A DNA stretch of 64,000 bases. Source: an uncultured bacterium. Lineage in GTDB: Bacteria; Patescibacteriota; Minisyncoccia; Phycocordibacterales; PALSA-1337. The position numbers were made by a program, and so were the translations under genes. Below, in pieces: positions 39,926 through 49,300 of this stretch (positions are counted from its first letter, which is position 1; every line of letters starts with the position of its first letter). The notes below the pieces were generated by a model. The model did no database searches. It was given only the letters and a program-made list of their open reading frames with translations, and was not told the DNA's origin. The stretch spans positions 106,405-170,404 of the forward strand of contig OY969557.1 of NCBI GenBank assembly GCA_963701025.1, written 5' to 3'.

Positions 39926-41227
39926 ATGTTAGACATCAAATTCATACGCGAGAACAAGGATATCGTCATCCAAGCGGCCAAGAAAAAGCACGTCGCCATA
40001 GACATAGAGGCGCTCATCGCCCTGGACGACGTCCGGCGCGCTCTCATGGCCGACGCCGAGAAGAAGCGAGCCGTCCAGAATGCCGCCAATGACAAAGTCG
40101 CCGCCGCGAAGAGCCCAGAGGACCGGGCTAAGCTCATCGCCGAGATGAAGCTGGTCAAGGCCGACTTGGAGCACGACGAAGCCAGGCTCAAGGAGACCAT
40201 GAAGGCGTGGCAGGACATGATGCTCCATGTGCCGAATGTGCCGGACATGAGCGTACCGGAAGGTTCAACTGACGCGGACAACAAAGAAGTCAGGAACTGG
40301 GGCGACAAGCCGAAATTCGCATTTGAACCGAAGGATCACGTCGAGCTCATGACGCGGCTCGGCATGGTCGATTTCGAGCGCGGAGCCAAAGTCCACGGCT
40401 TCCGAGGATATTTCCTGACGGGTGACGGCGTTCGTCTCTGTTTCGCTATCTGGCAGTATGCTCTGGACTTTTTCGGAGGCGCGAGAGGCGATGCCGGCGC
40501 TGATGGAAAATCGGGGAAAGGCTTTGTTCCCGTCATGCCGCCCACGATCGTCCGCAAGATCAACCTCTATGGCACCGCTCACCTTCCCGGTGATGTCGAA
40601 GATTTCTATATGACACAAGATGGCGACGCCCTTGCCGGCACGGCTGAAGTGCCGCTCATGGGCATGCATGGGGAAGAAGTCCTGGCCTTGTCTGATTTGC
40701 CCAAGAGATATCTCGGCTTCTCGCCCTGCTACCGCCGCGAAGCTGGCGCTCATGGCAAGGACGTCCGCGGCCTCATCCGCGTCCATGAATTCTACAAGTT
40801 CGAACAGCTCGTCCTCTGCGAAGCTTCCCATGAGACCTCGGTCAAGTTCCACGAGGAGCTTAACCGTAATACCGAAGAATTCATCGAGTCGCTCGGCATA
40901 CCGTATCAGACGGTGATAAATTGCGCCGCCGACCTTGGCTTGGGCCAGGTCAAGAAATATGACATAAATCTATGGGTGCCCAAGGAAGGGAAGTATCGCG
41001 AGATCTCCTCGGCCTCGTATTTCCATGATTTCCAGACCCGACGGCTCAATATCCGTTACAAAGACGCCGACGGCAAGCTCCGCTACGCCCATTCGCTCAA
41101 TTCGACCGCCATCCCCACGCCGCGCATATTGGTGTCACTCGTGGAGAATTTCCAGCAAGCCGACGGCTCCATCAAGATCCCGCCTGTCCTGGCGAAATAT
41201 CTCGGAGAGGATTCTATAAAGATTTAA
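39926..41227 (+). CDS. serS: seryl-tRNA synthetase
   Basis: N-terminal coiled coil and class II motifs (..GFSPCYRREAGAHGKDVRGLIRVHEFYKFEQ..). Confidence 0.9.
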   Translation: MLDIKFIRENKDIVIQAAKKKHVAIDIEALIALDDVRRALMADAEKKRAVQNAANDKVAAAKSPEDRAKLIAEMKLVKADLEHDEARLKETMKAWQDMMLHVPNVPDMSVPEGSTDADNKEVRNWGDKPKFAFEPKDHVELMTRLGMVDFERGAKVHGFRGYFLTGDGVRLCFAIWQYALDFFGGARGDAGADGKSGKGFVPVMPPTIVRKINLYGTAHLPGDVEDFYMTQDGDALAGTAEVPLMGMHGEEVLALSDLPKRYLGFSPCYRREAGAHGKDVRGLIRVHEFYKFEQLVLCEASHETSVKFHEELNRNTEEFIESLGIPYQTVINCAADLGLGQVKKYDINLWVPKEGKYREISSASYFHDFQTRRLNIRYKDADGKLRYAHSLNSTAIPTPRILVSLVENFQQADGSIKIPPVLAKYLGEDSIKI

Positions 41228-41250
41228 GAAATACGATTTACGATCTAAGA

Positions 41251-42126
41251 ATGGCACGTAACCTGCAATCCAGATCCTTTACCAGAAAAAGGCACGCGAG
41301 GCTTTACTGGATTCTCGCGCTCGCGGCCGTATCGGTCATTTCTTGGGTCTGCGCCCTGTCTTTCCTAACTCGTCTTAATGTTTTTGCCATCACCCAGGTG
41401 CAAGTCTTCGGAGCCGATGCCGACATAACCCCGGCATTGCAGTTAGCCGCACAACGGGTTCTTGCGGGGGACTATCTCGGTCTGTTCTCTCGGTCAAGCA
41501 CGCTCGTATATCCCAAGAGCGCGATCGCCGGTGCCGTCAAGGCCGCCTCGCCGCGCGTTCTTAGCGCGAACGTCAGCCGCGACGGCCTCCATGGATTGAT
41601 CGTCACCGTGTCCGAGAAGATACCTACGGCCGTAGTCTGCGCCGCCCTGCCTGATTTCAGTGACAACGCGGTCGTCTTCGACCAGTCGAGCGGCTGTTAT
41701 TTCGCTGACGCGTCCGGATTGCTGTTCGAGGCCGCGCCCGCCTTTTCCTCATCGCCTGACAAGTCCTCTGTCACAGTATCTTCAGTGCCGGCGTACCCTG
41801 TTTATTATGTGCCGGATCTCGCCATTGCCGGATCGTCGGACGCTCCAGTCGGCTCATACGCCACCTCCACCGTCGAATTCTCGGCCCTCCAATCGTTCTA
41901 TGAAGGCGCCGCCGCCGTCGGCATTCCAGTCGAAGCGATCCTAATAAAAGAGGGCGGGGAATACGAGCTCTATGCCTCGACGACCGTCATATATTTCAAT
42001 GACGTACAGCCTCTCTCCGATGAGTTGTCCGATCTAACGGCTTTCTGGTCTAATATGAAAGGCGCCTCTTTCGATTATATCGATCTGCGCTACGGCTCGA
42101 ATGTCTTCTACAAAGCGCTCAAATGA
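41251..42126 (+). CDS. FtsQ/DivIB-like cell-division protein (POTRA)
   Basis: Cytoplasmic basic N-terminus, one TM helix, then ITQVQVFGAD..(POTRA-like) and a beta domain. Confidence 0.45.
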   Translation: MARNLQSRSFTRKRHARLYWILALAAVSVISWVCALSFLTRLNVFAITQVQVFGADADITPALQLAAQRVLAGDYLGLFSRSSTLVYPKSAIAGAVKAASPRVLSANVSRDGLHGLIVTVSEKIPTAVVCAALPDFSDNAVVFDQSSGCYFADASGLLFEAAPAFSSSPDKSSVTVSSVPAYPVYYVPDLAIAGSSDAPVGSYATSTVEFSALQSFYEGAAAVGIPVEAILIKEGGEYELYASTTVIYFNDVQPLSDELSDLTAFWSNMKGASFDYIDLRYGSNVFYKALK

Positions 42127-42140
42127 GAGCATGATCAATC

Positions 42141-43085
42141 ATGAAAAATTTCTTTTACATCCTATTCGGCGGGCTCGGTCTCATGGCTATCGTTTTCGGC
42201 GCCTCGTATGCGGGAGCCGTCGCCTGGAGGAATAGCCGTATGTTCGCGGCCTCGACAGGCGCCGCTCTCTCATCGCCCTCCGACGGCACGGTCATATCCG
42301 GCTTCTATAGGGTAGTGCGCTATACGGCCGACGAAGAAGAGAATCTGATCGATTCAGCCGTCAGCTCATTGCCGTCGAACGAAACGAAAGGCGTCAGCGC
42401 CACCGGCTATGTCGTCAAAGATCTTACGACCGGCTCGACTGTCCTTATGAGCTATGCCGACCGCTTGGCGCCGATCGCTTCGCTCACAAAGCTCGTCACG
42501 GCCGTGGTAGCCCGCCGTCTCATACCCGCCTCTGCCCGTATCACCTTGAGCCAGTCGGTCGTGGGCACGTACGGCAACACAGCCGATTTCTCCGCGGGTG
42601 AGACTTTCACCGCGGCCGATCTCCTGTATCCTTTGCTCATGGTCTCGTCTAACGACGCCGCCGAAGCCTACGCGCAATATTACGGCCGGGCCGACTTCAT
42701 CCGGGCCATGAATGATTTTACCCAGTCCATAGGCGCCTATCGCACCTATTTCGCCGATCCGTCAGGCCTGGATCCGGAGAATGTTTCCACCCCGGACGAC
42801 CTCGCTCTCATACTCGACTGGATACGGAAGAACGATCCGGCCGTGATCGCGACAACGGCCCTCCACGCCGAGACTGTCCGTTCCCACACCTGGGTCAATC
42901 CGACGCGTTTCTTGAGCTGGTCGTACTATGTCGGCGGCAAGAATGGCTATATACCGGAAGCCAAGGAGACGGGAGCATCGCTCTTCGTTCTCGGCCCGAA
43001 CAAAGACGTATACGCGGTGGTCGTCCTAGGCAGTGATGACCGCTATGGCGACGTCGTCAAGCTCTTGAAAAAAATCTCGCAGTAA
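42141..43085 (+). CDS. D-alanyl-D-alanine carboxypeptidase (serine peptidase S11 family)
   Basis: Signal/TM helix, SxxK (ASLTK), SxN (SSND) and a KNG box (GGKNGY). Confidence 0.6.
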   Translation: MKNFFYILFGGLGLMAIVFGASYAGAVAWRNSRMFAASTGAALSSPSDGTVISGFYRVVRYTADEEENLIDSAVSSLPSNETKGVSATGYVVKDLTTGSTVLMSYADRLAPIASLTKLVTAVVARRLIPASARITLSQSVVGTYGNTADFSAGETFTAADLLYPLLMVSSNDAAEAYAQYYGRADFIRAMNDFTQSIGAYRTYFADPSGLDPENVSTPDDLALILDWIRKNDPAVIATTALHAETVRSHTWVNPTRFLSWSYYVGGKNGYIPEAKETGASLFVLGPNKDVYAVVVLGSDDRYGDVVKLLKKISQ

Positions 43086-43099
43086 GGGAGAGTATATGT

Positions 43100-44374
43100 A
43101 TGAAAGCACGAAAGCAAAGGAAGAGGATAGAGCGGCGCGAAAGGCAAGGAAGTTTTTGGACCAGCTTGCCCAGACCGTTCTTCGTCTTGGCACCCATGGC
43201 CAATGTCACCGACTCCGTATTCCGGGGGCTTTTCGCCAAATACGGCAAGCCTGACGTTATGTGGACGGAATTCGTCTCGGCTGACGGGCTATGTTCTCCC
43301 GGCAAGGAAAAACTGTTGGCTGACCTCGCCTACTCGGAGGCTGAACGGCCGATCGTGGCCCAGCTCTTCACCGGACACCCGGAAGCCATGCGCCAGGCCG
43401 CCGCCCTAGCGGTGAAGCTCGGTTTCGACGGTATAGACATCAATATGGGCTGTCCTGACCGTGCCGTCGAGAGACAGGGCGGTGGGGCGGCACTTATAAA
43501 GGATCCGCAAGGGGCTATGGCCGTATTGGAAGCAGCCCGCGAAGCGGCGCGTGAAGGCGTCCGAGATGGGGCTAAAACCAGAGTTCTAAAGGCATCTCGG
43601 ATAGGCGAGATACCAGTCAATATGATACCCGTTAGCATAAAGACACGGATCGGTTATAACAAGATCGACCTTTCCTGGATAGAGCTGTTGCTGAAGCAGG
43701 ATTTACCGGCTTTGACCGTGCATTTACGGACGCGCAAGGAGATGTCCGACACGCCGGCTCATTGGGAGCTCATGCCGGAGATCATAAAGATGCGCGACAG
43801 GATCCAAGCGGATATTGATCCTGCCAAGCGCACGCTCATCATAGGCAATGGCGATATTGAGTCGCTCGAAGACGGTGCCGCCAAATGCGCGGAGTTCGGC
43901 TGTGACGGCGTCATGATCGGCCGCGGCATATTCGGCAGGCCGTGGCTTTTTGAGTCGATCTCAAAATATTCTGGAAGGGACGGTTCTTCAGGGGACGGTT
44001 CTTCAGGGGACGGTTCTTCAGGGGACGGTTCTTCAGGGGATAGTTCTTCCAAGGCGCTTGCAAAAAGTGTCAAAAAAGTTGACACTTTTCAAAAGTCTCC
44101 GGAGAAGACTCCTGCCGATCGCCTGAAGACCTTGCTCGAACATGCCAAACTTTTCGAAAAAACTTTTTGTCCACCGAACCGTAAGACAGGTGGCAAGAAA
44201 AACACCGAGCGCCTTAAAAGTTTCGCCGTGATGAAAAAGCATTTCAAGGCCTACGTATCCGGCTGGGACGGTGCCAAGGAGTTGCGGGCAAAACTTATGA
44301 CTGCGGAGAACTACGCGGAAACGAAACAGATCGTCGACGAAGCGCTCTCGGCGATGAAGCCGAAGATCCATTAG
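43100..44374 (+). CDS. tRNA-dihydrouridine synthase with an internal (GSSGD)n linker repeat
   Basis: FVLAPMANVTD, DINMGCP, a TIM-barrel core and a C-terminal helical domain. A 15-bp tandem repeat is inserted before the C-terminal domain. Confidence 0.8.
   Translation: MKARKQRKRIERRERQGSFWTSLPRPFFVLAPMANVTDSVFRGLFAKYGKPDVMWTEFVSADGLCSPGKEKLLADLAYSEAERPIVAQLFTGHPEAMRQAAALAVKLGFDGIDINMGCPDRAVERQGGGAALIKDPQGAMAVLEAAREAAREGVRDGAKTRVLKASRIGEIPVNMIPVSIKTRIGYNKIDLSWIELLLKQDLPALTVHLRTRKEMSDTPAHWELMPEIIKMRDRIQADIDPAKRTLIIGNGDIESLEDGAAKCAEFGCDGVMIGRGIFGRPWLFESISKYSGRDGSSGDGSSGDGSSGDGSSGDSSSKALAKSVKKVDTFQKSPEKTPADRLKTLLEHAKLFEKTFCPPNRKTGGKKNTERLKSFAVMKKHFKAYVSGWDGAKELRAKLMTAENYAETKQIVDEALSAMKPKIH
43977..44051 (+). 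repeat. tandem repeat, 5 copies of gggacggttcttcag (in-frame, encodes GDGSS)
   Basis: Read directly; last unit diverged. Confidence 0.8.
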
Positions 44375-44379
44375 AAGAT

Positions 44380-45864
44380 TTACGAGCCAAGTTCCTCGAT
44401 TAGTAATTTCCTGACTATCTCCGGATTAGCTGAACCTTTTGTCGCTTTCATCGCCTGGCCTATCAAAAATTGCAATGAAGCCGTTTTGCCGGCCCGATAT
44501 TCGGCGACGGCCCTTGTATTATCGGCGATGACCTTGTCTATGGCGGGGGCGATGTCGGCCGCGTCGCTCTTTTGGAGCAGGGAATGTTTTTCGGCCAGAG
44601 CTTTCGGCGAAGAGCCATTCTCGGCCTCATCCATCATCAATGCGAGCAACTTCTTCGCACCGGCTGATGAGATTTCGCCGGCGGAGATCATTTTTATAAG
44701 CTCCGCGAAGTATCTTGAGTCGATCTTCATATCGCTCGAACTAGTCTTATTCAAACCTGTCTTATTCAAAAGAGCGACATAATCAGTGAGCAGATAATTG
44801 ATGAGCAGACGAATCTTTTTAACCTCATTCCCCAGTGCTTTTAGTATCTCCTCAAAATAAGCTCGCAAAGCATCATTTTCGAGGAACATGGCGACCTCTT
44901 TGTCAGTCATGCCATAGTCTTTCTTGAATCGCTCCCGCTTGTCCCAAGGCAGTTCCGGCATGTTTTTCTTCAATACAGAAGCCGCGAACTCCGTTATCTC
45001 TGATATCTTCAGTTTCGGTATGTCCGGGTCAGGGAAGTAGCGGTAGTCATGCGAGCTTTCCTTTGACCTCTGTGAGTACGTTTCATTCCTGGAGTCATCC
45101 CAGCCCCGTGTCTCCTGGACTACCTTTTCTCCGTTTTCAAGCAGAGATATCTGCCGTTCGACTTCGTGCTCGATAGCCCGCTCGACGGCTCTGAAAGAGT
45201 TCAGATTCTTTACCTCGGTCTTGACGCCGAATTTCCCGGCGTCGGTGTCGGCAGGGGAGGCCACCGAGATGTTGGCTTCGACACGCATTTCGCCTTTCTC
45301 CAGATTGGCTTCACCCGCGCCGAGACATCGAAGGAGCGATTGCAGTTCTTTGGCGAACCTGACGGCGGTCCCCGCGTCATGGATGACTGGCTTGGTGACG
45401 AGCTCCATGAGTGGCACACCGGAGCGGTTGAAGTCGATCAGACTCTTCTCGTGCTGATCGTGAGTCGAACGCGCGGTGTCTTCCTCCAGATGTATGCGCT
45501 CGATGGCCACGCCGGATAGCTCGCCGTCGGAGACGAGGGGAAATTTGTACTGGCTTATCTGATAGCCCTTGGGTATGTCCGGATAAAAATACTGCTTGCG
45601 GTCCCATTCGGTGAAATCAGCCGGCGTCCCGTCGACTGCGACGCCGACCGTGAGCACATGCTCGATCGCTCGCCGATTCAATACCGGAAGGGTGCCGGGG
45701 TGACCCAGGCAGATGGGACAGATGTTCACGTTCGGTTTCTTTTCATCCGGATCGTTCTTGCAGGAGCAGAACATCTTCGAAGCCGTCTTGAGCTCCGCGT
45801 GTATCTCCAGTCCGATAGTCGGGATGTATTTTTTCGCCTGATCCATATTTTCCGCGTGATCCAT
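44380..45864 (-). CDS. gatB: aspartyl/glutamyl-tRNA amidotransferase subunit B
   Basis: IGLEIHAEL, CPICLGHPGTLP and a C-terminal GatB/YqeY domain. The start may be the Met at 45846. Confidence 0.9.
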   Translation of the reverse strand: MDHAENMDQAKKYIPTIGLEIHAELKTASKMFCSCKNDPDEKKPNVNICPICLGHPGTLPVLNRRAIEHVLTVGVAVDGTPADFTEWDRKQYFYPDIPKGYQISQYKFPLVSDGELSGVAIERIHLEEDTARSTHDQHEKSLIDFNRSGVPLMELVTKPVIHDAGTAVRFAKELQSLLRCLGAGEANLEKGEMRVEANISVASPADTDAGKFGVKTEVKNLNSFRAVERAIEHEVERQISLLENGEKVVQETRGWDDSRNETYSQRSKESSHDYRYFPDPDIPKLKISEITEFAASVLKKNMPELPWDKRERFKKDYGMTDKEVAMFLENDALRAYFEEILKALGNEVKKIRLLINYLLTDYVALLNKTGLNKTSSSDMKIDSRYFAELIKMISAGEISSAGAKKLLALMMDEAENGSSPKALAEKHSLLQKSDAADIAPAIDKVIADNTRAVAEYRAGKTASLQFLIGQAMKATKGSANPEIVRKLLIEELGS

Positions 45865-45886
45865 ATGGTTCTATACTAGCACAGGG

Positions 45887-46141
45887 TCATTCCTCCTCCA
45901 GGTGTTTGACTTCCAATTTTTTCGGTCCCTTTCTGCTCCGTCGCGCTTCCGGCTTGGGGACGCTGTCCATGCCGGCGAGAAGCGTCTCTATCTCATCGCG
46001 GCGGTATACGCGATAGTTATTCATCGGGTGTCGCAAGGCCTTGAGTTTGCCATTCTTGTCCCAATTACGCAAGGTCAGGGTAGTGACCCCCAACATTTCG
46101 GAAGCCTGCTTTATACTGATAAGTTTCGGTGATTGGTTCAT
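45887..46141 (-). CDS. excisionase/MerR-type HTH DNA-binding protein
   Basis: ISIKQASEMLGVTTLTLRNWDKNGKLKALRHPMNNYRVYRRDEIETLL is an Xis-family HTH. Likely start at MNQSPKL (46141); the ORF track extends to 46216. Confidence 0.5.
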   Translation of the reverse strand: MNQSPKLISIKQASEMLGVTTLTLRNWDKNGKLKALRHPMNNYRVYRRDEIETLLAGMDSVPKPEARRSRKGPKKLEVKHLEEE

Positions 46142-46349
46142 AAAGATTGGTAAATAGTATATATCTTTGGTCAAATTGTAGCATATTTTTGAACAAGACA
46201 GACCAGGCCAGACCAATCCTGACTAACACAGTATTATTCTTGACAACATCAGCATTCATGTTACTCCGTATAGTCATCATAATAACATGCAACCTTATCC
46301 CCACTTTTTTGTGCGTATTCTTTTGACATTCAAGCTATAATTATGACAA

Positions 46350-49300
46350 ATGAGAGACTCTATAGAAATAGAGGATCACCAATACATCTCGTCTCGCCGA
46401 GCCGCCGAGATAGCCAGATATTCACAGGATTATATCGGTCAGCTTTGTCGCTCTGGACAAGTCGCAGGAAAGAGGATAGGTAAGATATGGTTCGTCGATC
46501 AGGACTCTCTTTTTCAGCATGTCCAGAAATATTCCATACCGGTTTCCTCGCAGATCTCTTCCGGATCCGTTCCATCTTTTCTGCCTGAACTGAAAAAATC
46601 TAAACTGACAGAGACTGACCCTCTGAATGAAGTCCCGATAAGGCCACCGATCAATGCTCCTCCGGCGCCAGTCTTTATCAGAGATATCATCACCGGTCCC
46701 GGCGCGAAATTATTCGCCACCTTCGCCCTGTGCTTATTGAGCGGGTATTCCGTTGCGTATGCTTTGGCCGGTTACGAGCCAGCTGTGAGCGCGTATGGCC
46801 GCGCGACGGATGCCACGACGGCATACGTATCAGGACTCGTCTCTCCCTACGCGAACGTCATCGCAGAGACAATGCCGCGCTCGCTCGATACCGCGTCTGT
46901 CTTCGACGCTGTGGGCTCATGGTGGCAGGGAGTTTCCGGTGCTGTCCGCACGGGAGTGCTAACCTTCCTCGGCATAGGCGATTCGTCCGGAAGCGTAGCC
47001 ACTTCGACGGCACCGACCGTCGCTTCCAGCTACATCAATGTCTATCCATCCGGTACCACGACCATCATTCGCCAGGTTGTCCAAGCACCGGGGCAGACCA
47101 TCGTTACACAAAATTCTTCCAACCAAGGCCTCATTCAAAACCTTGCCGATCGGCTATCGGCTCTCACCTCCGCATTCAACGCCTTCCAAGCTCTCCAGAC
47201 TCTCCAGAACCAGCATGTCAGTGTGTCATATCCGGCTTCGACCCAGACCATAGTGAGCTCCGGCGGAGGCAGCTCCGGCACGGTGACCTCCGTCGACGTC
47301 TCCGGAGGCTCCACAGGACTGTCCTTTTCCGGTGGGCCGGTCACGACATCCGGTACCATCGTTCTCGACGGCACTCTCGATACGGTGAATGGCGGCACCG
47401 GCACATCAACCGCGCCATCATACGGACAGCTCTTGGTCGGCAATACGGCCGGTGGGTACAATCTTCTCGCCACTTCATCTTTGGGCATAACCGGTGGAGG
47501 AGGATCTGGCACGGTCAATGCCGGCACCGCCGGACAGCTGGCATACTACGCCTCGAACGGCATGACCGTTTCAGGCATCGCCACCTCGTCCTTGAATATC
47601 AACACAGACAACCTCGTTCAAGGCGTGACCAACCTCTTCTATTCGAATTCTCTGGTTAATTCGTTCGTCAATTCCTCTTCGACCATACCCAAGACTTACA
47701 CTGCCAATGCTTTCAGCGGCAATCAGACATTTAACGGAAGCGTCAACGCGACGAACGGACTCACCGCCAACGCTCTCTCCGTCGGTTCGCTCTCCGGTAT
47801 CCTCTATGGAACCGCTGGCTCGGTCGGCACCATTGCTACCTCATCTCTTAATCTGTCTATTCCGCTGGCCTCCACCACGGGCATCCTTGCCATCGGTAAC
47901 GGCGGTACCAGTACGTCGACCTCGCCGACATATGGTCAACTTCTCGTTGGCAACGCGGCTGGCGGATACGACCTACTCGCCACTTCGTCGCTCGGACTCA
48001 ATCTGACGAGCTTGTCTGGAACGCTTTCCGTGGCCAGCGGCGGCACAGGCCAGACGACATACACGGACGGCCAGCTTTTAATTGGCAACTCTTCGAATAG
48101 CAGTCTTACCAAGGCCACTTTGACCGGCACTGCCAATGAGATAGGCATCGCCAACGGCAACGGTTCCATAACTCTATCAACTCCGCAACCTATCGGCACG
48201 GCTTCGACGCCGACATTCGCATCCACCACCCTTTCGAACTTTACCGCCGGCTCCATTCCATTCTTTGCCTCCGGCGGCTCGCTCGCCCAGAACAACGCTA
48301 ATTTCTTCTGGGATAATGTGAATAATAGATTAGGCATCGGTTCGTCAACACCCGGATTCTCTCTGTCCGTAAATGGAGCAGGATATTTCGGCGGCAACTT
48401 AACGGCCGCAGGAGGACTGACCGTGAGCGGCAACACGAGCCTTGCTAACATCGCCTCTAGCAGTGTCCTTTTTGCCGGAGCGGGAGGGTTATTGAGCGGT
48501 TCCCCCAACTTCACCTTCGACGGTACGACAGCTTCCGCCGCCGGCCTCCTGGTGACCCCCGCTATATATACTGGCTCTCAAGTGAGCGGTCTTTCCGCCA
48601 CCACGACATTGGATGATGACAACGGAAACTGGACCAATAACGGCACAACGCTTCTGTGGAGCGTTACACCATATACGATCACATCAGACGGTCTCTACGT
48701 CTACGGCAACACCGTCAATTCTTCGCTTGTCCTATCCGTCAACGGTCATGCAAGCAACGGTAACCATAATATAGACCTGGACTTCAGCTGGAATGCCGCC
48801 TCTGGCGCCACGGGATACATAGTATCGATAACTAAAGACCCGCAGCTCCTTACCGCATACCCATATAATTCTTACGCCACGACCGTGACAAGTTCGGTGG
48901 CAGACATCAACACGAACTTTTCAGCTCTCGCCACCTCCTCTTCCGCGTCTTCCATCTTCAGTTCCAGCATGTCGGGAGCGACAGCCATCAACGGAAGCAA
49001 CCTCACCATCAACGTCGCAACCACGACCATTGCGGGAACGAACCTCTATGTGAATACGCCGATCGCCACTTTCGGCGGAGAGATAGCAGGAAGCGGACCT
49101 CTCGGTACCACGACCTTTGCTGGTCCTGTTGTCATCAATCAAAATGCCGTACGGAGCGCCGCCCAAACCAACAAAGCCATCTTGTCTGTCAATGGGAACG
49201 GGAATAATGAAGCTTACGACCTGCTCGATCTGTACAACACCGCGAATCAGACGGGAACGTCTTTCGTAGCTGGAGGCGGCATGCTCTCGAACGCCTATAT

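Noticed and set aside
43977-44051. Tandem 15-bp repeats considered as a possible CRISPR-like array
   Set aside because: The units are contiguous with no spacers and in frame inside the dus coding sequence.
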